From: a virus
Virus record (IMG/VR): IMGVR_UViG_3300045988_050141
Coordinates: 1-5,207 of that record
Length of the DNA: 5,207 nucleotides
Strand: one strand, 5' to 3'
Below are positions 1-5,117 of this stretch, one piece after another. The notes beneath the pieces were generated by a model. It was not told the DNA's origin. It saw only the letters and a program-made list of their open reading frames with translations, and searched no databases. The first letter of the stretch is position 1; each line of letters begins with the position of its first letter. The position numbers and the translations under genes were made by a program.

Positions 1-99
1 ATTTTTTTTGAAAGGAGATGTTTTTATATGAATAAGTGGTTTACTGCCCTCGTAACGGCTATTGCAGCCGCCGCAAGCTACCTTCTCGGTATCAATAAC
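1..99. repeat. Terminal redundancy: 1..99 is identical to 5109..5207. It marks a circular genome of about 5108 nt linearised with a 99-nt overlap.
   Basis: Direct comparison of the first and last ~100 nt (attttttttgaaaggagatgtttttatatgaataagtgg...ggtatcaataac) shows exact identity. Confidence 0.95.
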
Positions 100-108
100 C
101 CTCTTTAA
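28..108 (+). CDS. Small hydrophobic single-pass membrane peptide, 26 aa, MNKWFTALVTAIAAAASYLLGINNPL. Candidate lysis or membrane-associated accessory protein. A truncated second copy begins at 5136.
   Basis: ATG at 28 is preceded by AGGAG (13-17) with a 10-nt spacer. The product has a K-containing N-terminus, an 18-residue hydrophobic core and a short polar tail. It uses TAA as its stop codon. Confidence 0.5.
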   Translation: MNKWFTALVTAIAAAASYLLGINNPL

Positions 109-126
109 GAAAGGAGATTTTTAATC

Positions 127-246
127 ATGGCACAACGTAAAAAAGTTTCTCGTAAAGGCTCTCGCCGATTGTTTACTGCTGTCGGTAACCGTACCCAGTC
201 TATTAATTTGCAACAGCCCCCGCATAGAGGAGGTTGGAGATTATGA
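127..246 (+). CDS. Small highly basic protein, 39 aa, MAQRKKVSRKGSRRLFTAVGNRTQSINLQQPPHRGGWRL. Likely the DNA-binding/packaging protein, a phiX174 J-like or gokushovirus ORF8-like analogue.
   Basis: AAGGAG (111-116) lies 10 nt upstream of ATG 127. The sequence is very rich in R/K. Its stop TGA (244-246) overlaps the VP3 start ATG (243-245) in an ATGA junction. Size and charge match Microviridae J/VP8-class proteins. Confidence 0.6.
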   Translation: MAQRKKVSRKGSRRLFTAVGNRTQSINLQQPPHRGGWRL

Positions 247-689
247 GTAATGTTTTATCTCGTTTTAGTCCCTCTACTCGGTGTTATGCTGCTAATAATG
301 GTGTTACTCTTACTGTACAAGATGAATCTATTGTAAACCAATGTGATATTAATAAACTCTGTGATAACTATATTCGTACTGGCGAATATTATCCCGGACT
401 TCTTGCACGTAAGCTTCGCCGTCCTGTTTTTGGTGAGTTTGACCCTTCTAAACAATCTCTCAGTAATGTTCTTATGGCTCAAAGACGTGCTTTGGAAAGT
501 TTTGATTTGCTTCCCCCTGAAATACGTGAACGTTTTAATAATGATCCACGTAAATTTTTTGAATTTGTAACGGATATGAATAACCAAGATGAAATTATCA
601 AAATGGGTCTTGCCGTTGATAAGCGCCCTGTTGAAACTGTTCAAAAGGTAGAAATTGTCAACCCCGAGTCAGCGAAGGGGTCGGAGTGA
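243..689 (+). CDS. VP3 internal scaffolding protein, 148 aa.
   Basis: GAGGAGG (226-232) lies 10 nt upstream of ATG 243. The ORF track's start at 234 is an upstream TTG. The protein contains the QCDINKL motif, resembling the conserved ECDINNI box of gokushovirus VP3. Its C-terminal half has a FGEFD...LPPEIRERFNNDP...FFEF pattern typical of VP3. Confidence 0.8.
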   Translation: MSNVLSRFSPSTRCYAANNGVTLTVQDESIVNQCDINKLCDNYIRTGEYYPGLLARKLRRPVFGEFDPSKQSLSNVLMAQRRALESFDLLPPEIRERFNNDPRKFFEFVTDMNNQDEIIKMGLAVDKRPVETVQKVEIVNPESAKGSE

Positions 690-747
690 ATTTTGTGAAC
701 GGAGCCTAGCTTTTCCTACTTGTTCATATATATGCTAGGTGACACCC

Positions 748-785
748 CCCGCATGGAGCCTACGTTTTCAGCTATTCCATGCGGG
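748..785 (+). other. Stable hairpin in the VP3-VP1 intergenic region. A 9-bp perfect stem cccgcatgg / ccatgcggg encloses a 20-nt loop.
   Basis: 748-756 is the reverse complement of 777-785. An A-rich tract (taaaataaaaaaaagg) follows. A nearby direct repeat ggagccta occurs at 701-708 and 756-763. Confidence 0.6.
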
Positions 786-824
786 TAAAATAAAAAAAAG
801 GATGTGATTCTTTTGAAATCAAAT

Positions 825-2381
825 ATGATACATCGCTTTAGCAATGTACCGGAAGCTAATATTCAACGTAGTCGTATTAAGCGTAGTTTTACATATAAAA
901 CTACTTGCTCCGAAGGTTATCTTATTCCTTTCTATAATGACATTATGTATCCCGGCGATACTTTTATTGGTCGTGCTACCATATTTGGTCGTATGGCAAC
1001 ACCAGTGTTCCCTATTATGGATAATCTTTTTGTAGATACCTTTTATTTTGGCGTTCCTTGGCGTCTTGTTTGGGATAAATTTCAAGAGTTTATGGGTGAA
1101 GTTAATCGTTCTGGTGAAATTACTACTTACGAGATCCCACACCGTACTGTAACTACTGCTTATCAAGCAAATTCTCTTGAAGATTATTTCGGACTTCCGA
1201 CTAAAGTTACTGGATACTCTCACAGTATCTTGCCACTTCGTGCTTACGCTTTAATTTACAATGACTGGTTTAGGTCTGATTATCTGCAGGACCCCATTGG
1301 TATTGAGTTTGGTGACTACAATGAGGATAGCACTCATAATTATGACGACGGGTACGTCCTTATGCACCGTGGCAAACGTTTTGACTACTATACGTCCTGT
1401 CTGCCATTTCCTCAGGCTGGTCCCGGCGTTGAGGTGTCTTTAGCTGGCGATGCGCCCGTTCGTGGACCTATGTTTGTTGCTGCCGCTCCTGGCACTTCTT
1501 CGGGTACTCAGCTTTATAACGGTAATGATAATGTCGTCCATTGTGACATTTCTACTGGTACTTATCTCTACGCCGCTAATCCTGCTTCTGCCAGTCCTAC
1601 TGGTCTTTATGCTGATCTGAGTAGTCTTACTTCTATTACCATTAATACTTTACGCGAGGCTTTTGCAATGCAACATTTCCTTGAGCGTCTTGCTGTTGGT
1701 GGTAATCGCTATACCGAAATTGTTTATTCTATGTTCGGTGTAAAATCTCCTGACGCTCGGCTTCAACGTCCGGAATTTCTTGGTCACGGTCAGGCTCGTA
1801 TTAATATTAATCCTGTCGAGCAGACCGCTCAAAGTTCTGAAACGAGTCCGCAAGGCAATCTTGCCGCTTATGCCGTATTCAGAAATGAACACCATGCGTT
1901 CAGCTATTCCGCTACTGAGCATATGATTATTCTGGGCTTGTTGTCTATCCGTGCTGACTTGACTTATCAGCAGCCGTTGTGGAAGCAATGGAGTTATAAG
2001 ACCCGTGAAGAACTTTATTGGCCGCAATTTAGCCATTTAGGTGAACAAGCTGTTTATACACGTGAGATTGATTGCCGTGGTACTGAGTCGGATTCTACTG
2101 TCTTTGGTTATCAGGAACGTTACGGCGAATGTCGCTACTATCCGTCTTTAATTACCGGCTTATTTAAGTCAAATACTGATAGCGGTTTAGATCGTTGGCA
2201 TTTGTCGCAGGATTTTAAAACTGCCCCTGTTTTAAACAGTGACTTTATAGTTGATAATCCGCCTGTATCCCGTATAGTAGCTGTTCCTTCGGAGCCGCAT
2301 TTCTATATTGATATTTATATGGATTTGCAGTGTATCCGTCCTATGCCTATTTATAGTACTCCCGGCTTGACAAGGATGTGA
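825..2381 (+). CDS. VP1 major capsid protein (F-like jelly-roll), 518 aa from ATG 825. In-frame alternative starts are TTG 813 and GTG 804.
   Basis: The N-terminus ...HRFSNVPEANIQRSRIKRSFTYKTTCSEGYLIPFYNDIMYPGDTF closely matches the conserved gokushovirus/Chlamydia-phage VP1 N-terminal block (SHSFAQVPSARIQRS...KTT...GYLIPI..DEVLPGDTF). It is the largest ORF, shows strong T-ending codon bias and stops at TGA 2379-2381. Confidence 0.9.
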   Translation: MIHRFSNVPEANIQRSRIKRSFTYKTTCSEGYLIPFYNDIMYPGDTFIGRATIFGRMATPVFPIMDNLFVDTFYFGVPWRLVWDKFQEFMGEVNRSGEITTYEIPHRTVTTAYQANSLEDYFGLPTKVTGYSHSILPLRAYALIYNDWFRSDYLQDPIGIEFGDYNEDSTHNYDDGYVLMHRGKRFDYYTSCLPFPQAGPGVEVSLAGDAPVRGPMFVAAAPGTSSGTQLYNGNDNVVHCDISTGTYLYAANPASASPTGLYADLSSLTSITINTLREAFAMQHFLERLAVGGNRYTEIVYSMFGVKSPDARLQRPEFLGHGQARININPVEQTAQSSETSPQGNLAAYAVFRNEHHAFSYSATEHMIILGLLSIRADLTYQQPLWKQWSYKTREELYWPQFSHLGEQAVYTREIDCRGTESDSTVFGYQERYGECRYYPSLITGLFKSNTDSGLDRWHLSQDFKTAPVLNSDFIVDNPPVSRIVAVPSEPHFYIDIYMDLQCIRPMPIYSTPGLTRM

Positions 2382-2385
2382 TGAT

Positions 2386-3180
2386 ATGAGCTTTCTCGGA
2401 GATATTGCTGGCGATCTTGTCGGTGGTGTTCTTGGTTTTGCTGGTCAAAATAGTGCTAATTCTGCTAACGCCGCCGCTGCCCAAGCTGACAGAGATTTCC
2501 AACGTGAAGTATTACAAAACCGTCACCAGTGGGAAGCTGACGATTACGAAAAAGCAGGTTTTAATCGTATTCTTTCGGTTACTTCTTCTTCTGGTGGTAT
2601 TGGTTCTAATTCTTCTATCGCTGCCCAAAATGCTCTCGACCCTCTTGCTCGTGGCGTATCTTCTGCTGTTCAGACTAGACTTAGAAGTAAGGAACTTGAT
2701 GAACAAATAAACCTGATGCGTAGTCAGATTTTTAAAAATCATGCTGACGCAGATAAAGCGGACGCCGAATATGATCTCGCTAGGTCCCAGTCTAGTTATT
2801 ATAAGACTTTAGAAGATTATCAGGATATGCAGTCAATGGTTGCTGAACTTATGCTTCCATGGCAGGTTGAGCAGATGAAGCAAAATATTGTTAATTCCGC
2901 TAAAGTGTCTGATGCTCAGGTGGTCGAGCTTCTTGCTGGTGCTGGTGCTCATAGTGCCGTAGCCGAGGAAGCTCGTGAGCGTGCTCGTGGCTATCGCCGT
3001 GATAATGATGCTTTAGACAAGGTAGGTGGTGTTGGTAAGTTTTTTAATGACATTGGTGAATCTACCCTTGGAAAACGTGCTACTTCTTATGTCCGTGGAT
3101 TCCTGAGCGGTCTGCCTTCCTTTGATTGGAATCCGCAGAAGGAGTTTGAAAAATATCGCAAACTTTATACTGGTCGCTAA
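2386..3180 (+). CDS. VP2 minor capsid / DNA pilot protein (H-like), 264 aa.
   Basis: AAGGA (2372-2376) lies 9 nt upstream of ATG 2386, 4 nt after the VP1 stop. The N-terminus is glycine-rich and hydrophobic (MSFLGDIAGDLVGGVLGFAG). It is followed by Ala/Gln-rich predicted coiled-coil segments typical of Microviridae pilot proteins, in the usual position after VP1. Confidence 0.8.
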   Translation: MSFLGDIAGDLVGGVLGFAGQNSANSANAAAAQADRDFQREVLQNRHQWEADDYEKAGFNRILSVTSSSGGIGSNSSIAAQNALDPLARGVSSAVQTRLRSKELDEQINLMRSQIFKNHADADKADAEYDLARSQSSYYKTLEDYQDMQSMVAELMLPWQVEQMKQNIVNSAKVSDAQVVELLAGAGAHSAVAEEARERARGYRRDNDALDKVGGVGKFFNDIGESTLGKRATSYVRGFLSGLPSFDWNPQKEFEKYRKLYTGR

Positions 3181-3207
3181 ATTGTCTTAAATTTGTCTAC
3201 AATTTTT
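3175..3207. repeat. 33-bp direct repeat copy 1 (cgctaaattgtcttaaatttgtctacaattttt). It overlaps the last two codons and stop of VP2.
   Basis: Exact 33-nt identity with 3275..3307, offset by exactly 100 bp. Confidence 0.9.
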
Positions 3208-3265
3208 TTACCTTAAGGTATACAATTTTTTTACCTTAAGGTAAAAAAATGTATACCTTAAGGTA
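3198..3265. repeat. Tandem and inverted repeat array. The 23-bp unit tacaatttttttaccttaaggta occurs twice in tandem (3198-3220, 3221-3243), followed by an inverted third unit (3244-3265, aaaaaatgta + taccttaaggta). It contains three copies of the perfect 12-bp palindrome TACCTTAAGGTA, at 3209-3220, 3232-3243 and 3254-3265.
   Basis: Read directly from the sequence. The palindrome centres are spaced 23 and 22 bp apart. The spacers tacaatttttt and aaaaaatgta are near reverse complements, so 3209-3265 is a roughly 57-bp near-perfect dyad. Confidence 0.9.
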
Positions 3266-3274
3266 TTTGAAGGA

Positions 3275-3307
3275 CGCTAAATTGTCTTAAATTTGTCTAC
3301 AATTTTT
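3275..3307. repeat. 33-bp direct repeat copy 2.
   Basis: Exact identity to 3175..3207. Confidence 0.9.
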
Positions 3308-3318
3308 ATATCTTTTTG

Positions 3319-3327
3319 TGTTATACT
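3319..3327 (+). promoter_or_regulatory. Possible extended -10 element (TGtTATACT) for rep transcription. No convincing -35 box is present.
   Basis: TG at 3319-3320 and TATACT at 3322-3327 sit about 25 nt upstream of the rep start, with an SD (GAGGTG, 3340-3345) 6 nt before ATG 3352. Confidence 0.3.
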
Positions 3328-3351
3328 TTCTATAGAAACGAGGTGAAATAT

Positions 3352-4335
3352 ATGTGTCAAAATCCTTTAACTGCTTGGAGAGTACCGCCCAAAACTAATA
3401 CTTTTGGTTATGCCCCTCAGGTAACTTTCGGCAAAATTAAAGGTCAGCTCATACGTTCACCTCGTTCTATTACTTTCCGCCGTTCGGAAGGCATTACTGG
3501 TTCTGAAATGAAAATTCCTTGCGGTAAATGCCCTGAATGTCGTGCTGCTCTGCGCCGCGATTGGTCACACCGTATTATGCAGGAGGCTTCTTGTTTTGAT
3601 AAAGTTTCTTTTCTTACTCTTACTTACAACAATGATAATTTACCCCTTTCTGATTCTGGTGTTCCGACTTTGCGCAAGGAACATGTACAGTTATTTCTTA
3701 AACGTTTACGCAAAGCTCTTGGTCTTAGAAATACTCTTATTCGGTTTTATTGTGTTGGTGAATACGGTAGTAGATATTCTCGCCCTCACTATCATTTAAT
3801 TATTTTTGGAGAGGACTTCAGCTATGATAGGAAAATTATTCGCAAGAACGGACGTTTTTATGATTATGTGTCTTGTACTATTTCTCGTCTGTGGCCTTTT
3901 GGATTTCATACCGTTAATGATTTTTCTAATGCTACCGCTCGTTACATTTCTGGTTATGTTACTAAAAAGCTTGTTGATACGGAGCTTCCTAAAGGGATTA
4001 CTCCTAGCTTTCATACTATGTCTTTGCGGCGTGGTATTGGTTATACTTGGTTTGAAAGAAATTGGCGTAATGTTTTTTCTCCTTCCTCTGTGCGTATGGT
4101 TATCTCTTCAGATCTCACTCATCATTATACTGCTCGGGTGCCTCTTGCTTATTGGAACTGGCTTAAGTCTATAGATGAAGTGTTATATAAAGCTTGCAAA
4201 TTATATTGCTATCGTATGGCTATGTCTATTCCCGAACGGTCTTTAACTGAGGCTGTCCGTGTTAATAGAGTATTACAAAATCAAATAAGAAAGGAGTGTC
4301 GTCCATTTGAAACTGCCAGACCGCGTACCTCTTGA
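3352..4335 (+). CDS. VP4 replication initiation protein, an HUH rolling-circle endonuclease (phiX174 A-like), 327 aa.
   Basis: GAGGTG SD lies 6 nt upstream of ATG 3352; the track start 3316 is an upstream TTG. It has an N-terminal Cys cluster (CGKCPEC), motif I (FLTLTY), motif II HUH (PHYHLIIFG) and motif III with dual catalytic Tyr (YISGYVTKK), the canonical Microviridae Rep architecture. Confidence 0.92.
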   Translation: MCQNPLTAWRVPPKTNTFGYAPQVTFGKIKGQLIRSPRSITFRRSEGITGSEMKIPCGKCPECRAALRRDWSHRIMQEASCFDKVSFLTLTYNNDNLPLSDSGVPTLRKEHVQLFLKRLRKALGLRNTLIRFYCVGEYGSRYSRPHYHLIIFGEDFSYDRKIIRKNGRFYDYVSCTISRLWPFGFHTVNDFSNATARYISGYVTKKLVDTELPKGITPSFHTMSLRRGIGYTWFERNWRNVFSPSSVRMVISSDLTHHYTARVPLAYWNWLKSIDEVLYKACKLYCYRMAMSIPERSLTEAVRVNRVLQNQIRKECRPFETARPRTS

Positions 4336-4340
4336 TATTA
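4331..4340 (+). other. Candidate origin nick-site core, cttgatatta, a 10/10 match to the phiX174 ori core CTTG^ATATTA. It spans the rep stop codon TGA at 4333-4335.
   Basis: Exact decamer identity to the phiX174 gene-A-protein recognition/cleavage sequence (CAACTTG^ATATTAATAAC). The expected chance occurrence of a given 10-mer on both strands of a 5.1-kb genome is about 0.01. Confidence 0.4.
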
Positions 4341-4408
4341 CCGTATTTCCTTTCGGCGACATGAAATCGGCTCAGATGTACCGTGAAAATCGTTGTATGA
4401 GTGATAGA

Positions 4409-4420
4409 GATAGTACTATC
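4409..4420. repeat. Perfect 12-bp palindrome GATAGTACTATC in the rep-downstream intergenic region.
   Basis: The sequence is self-reverse-complementary. It lies about 50 nt upstream of ORF 4473. Confidence 0.8.
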
Positions 4421-4472
4421 ATTTCTGCTTTTGGCTGTTATTTTTTATGTACATGGGCTATAAGGTATTAGC

Positions 4473-4730
4473 ATGAATTTCGTATTTATGCTTTCTTTGC
4501 TTTTTCCCAGCTTGCAGTTTGAACGCATTGAGTCCTCGGAATATGTTCGTGTTTCCTTCGTTGTTCACAATTTCCGTCTTTTTTTGGACATACCCGTCGG
4601 ACTTGCTCACGAACGTGTTGAGCTTAACGAGCGTAACGTATCTGTCGTGCTGGATAGGCTTGTCGCCTGCCTTCGTGCGTGTGCTAGCCCAGGCATCGCC
4701 CCCCTTGTTAGGTTATTTTTTGGTAAGTAA
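4473..4730 (+). CDS. Hypothetical protein, 85 aa. Coding status is uncertain. It lies in a locally GC-richer segment with a weak RBS.
   Basis: It is an ATG-initiated ORF whose codon third positions are closer to the phage's T/C-ending preference than those of the overlapping 4519 frame. Only AAGG lies 7 nt upstream, and it has no recognisable motifs. Confidence 0.3.
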   Translation: MNFVFMLSLLFPSLQFERIESSEYVRVSFVVHNFRLFLDIPVGLAHERVELNERNVSVVLDRLVACLRACASPGIAPLVRLFFGK

Positions 4731-4754
4731 ATATTATTTAAGGAGTTGATTTTT

Positions 4755-5063
4755 ATGTCTAAAAGTCTGTTGTTTGGTGTTTATGATAAAGTTGCTCAAA
4801 AATATATTGGTCTTGAAGTGAGTGATAGCGAAGCCCTTTGTAAACGCTCTTTCTATAATCGTGTTCGTATGGCTCCTCAATCCCCTTTGGCTACCTATCC
4901 TAATGATTTTTCACTTATGCTTCTTGGAGAGCTTGACGATTCCACTGGTCGTGTAGATTCTTACGAAGTCCCTGTTACTGTATGTGCTAGTGCTATCCCT
5001 CCTGAAGTTTTCTCGGCCGCCGCTGAAGCTGTCGCAGATGATGCCCGTAATCGTTCTAACTAA
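4755..5063 (+). CDS. Small conserved nonstructural protein, 102 aa, tentatively VP5-like. MSKSLLFGVYDKVAQKY...FYNRV...YPNDFSLMLLGELDDSTGRVDSYEVPV.
   Basis: AGGAG (4741-4745) lies 9 nt upstream of ATG 4755; the track start 4746 is an upstream TTG. It uses a TAA stop. The F.VYDK.A..Y ... F.L..LGE.DD.TG pattern recalls a small protein family recurrent in gokushovirus genomes. This family assignment is from memory, not verified. Confidence 0.65.
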   Translation: MSKSLLFGVYDKVAQKYIGLEVSDSEALCKRSFYNRVRMAPQSPLATYPNDFSLMLLGELDDSTGRVDSYEVPVTVCASAIPPEVFSAAAEAVADDARNRSN

Positions 5064-5066
5064 TTA

Positions 5067-5095
5067 TTGATTTTCCCCCTCTATTGCCTTATAAT
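5067..5095 (+). promoter_or_regulatory. Sigma70-like promoter: TTGATT (5067-5072), a 17-bp spacer, then TATAAT (5090-5095). It would drive the peptide/J/VP3/VP1 gene block across the circular junction.
   Basis: Perfect -10 consensus with optimal 17-bp spacing to a 4/6 -35 match. The predicted transcription start is about 5102, upstream of the AGGAG SD and ATG of the 26-aa ORF. Confidence 0.45.
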
Positions 5096-5117
5096 TGGCT
5101 TTAGAGGGATTTTTTTT
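5077..5117 (+). terminator. Rho-independent terminator-like hairpin followed by a T8 run, downstream of the VP5-like gene.
   Basis: ccctcta (5077-5083) pairs with tagaggg (5102-5108) as a 7-bp stem. An inner gcc/ggc pairing is present. The hairpin is followed by A then tttttttt (5110-5117). Confidence 0.45.

Noticed and set aside
255-2036. Minus-strand ORFs 255..644, 819..1223 and 1650..2036. The same applies to 2512..2742 and 3796..4014 on the minus strand.
   Set aside because: They are Lys/Asn/Ile/Phe-rich low-complexity translations of the A-rich antisense of real genes. They have no SDs. Microviridae transcribe only the strand complementary to the virion strand, that is, they encode only + sense genes, and each of these ORFs fully overlaps a well-supported + strand gene.
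3178-3210. Possible -35/-10 (TTGTCT ... TACAAT) inside direct repeat 1 as the rep promoter.
   Set aside because: The spacing between the hexamers is only about 10 bp, incompatible with sigma70 geometry. The extended -10 at 3319-3327 is a better, though still weak, candidate.
3249-3290. 13-aa ORF (MYTLRYLKDAKLS) inside the palindrome array.
   Set aside because: It is too short, has no RBS, and lies entirely within repeat and palindrome sequence that is better explained as a DNA-level element.
343-3799. Hydrophobic + strand ORFs embedded in the N2-N3-N1 frame of real genes: 343..570, 844..1035, 1261..1443, 2405..2710 and 3542..3799.
   Set aside because: All lie in the frame where the T-rich third codon positions of the host gene become second positions, giving Leu/Phe/Ile/Val codons and few stops. 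This is an expected artefact. None has an SD upstream of its start and several start with TTG only. Only the 3824 ORF, which has an SD-like motif, was kept as a low-interest finding.
4361-4471. 36-aa ORF (MKSAQMYRENRCMSDRDSTIISAFGCYFLCTWAIRY) between rep and ORF 4473.
   Set aside because: It has no Shine-Dalgarno sequence, no recognisable features and a short length. It is most likely non-coding intergenic sequence containing palindromes.
4519-4749. 76-aa ORF in a second + frame overlapping 4473..4730.
   Set aside because: Its translation is Ser/Leu/Pro-rich and low-complexity. Its third positions are G/C-ending, unlike the phage genes. It has no RBS. The 4473 frame fits the codon usage better, so at most one of the two is real.
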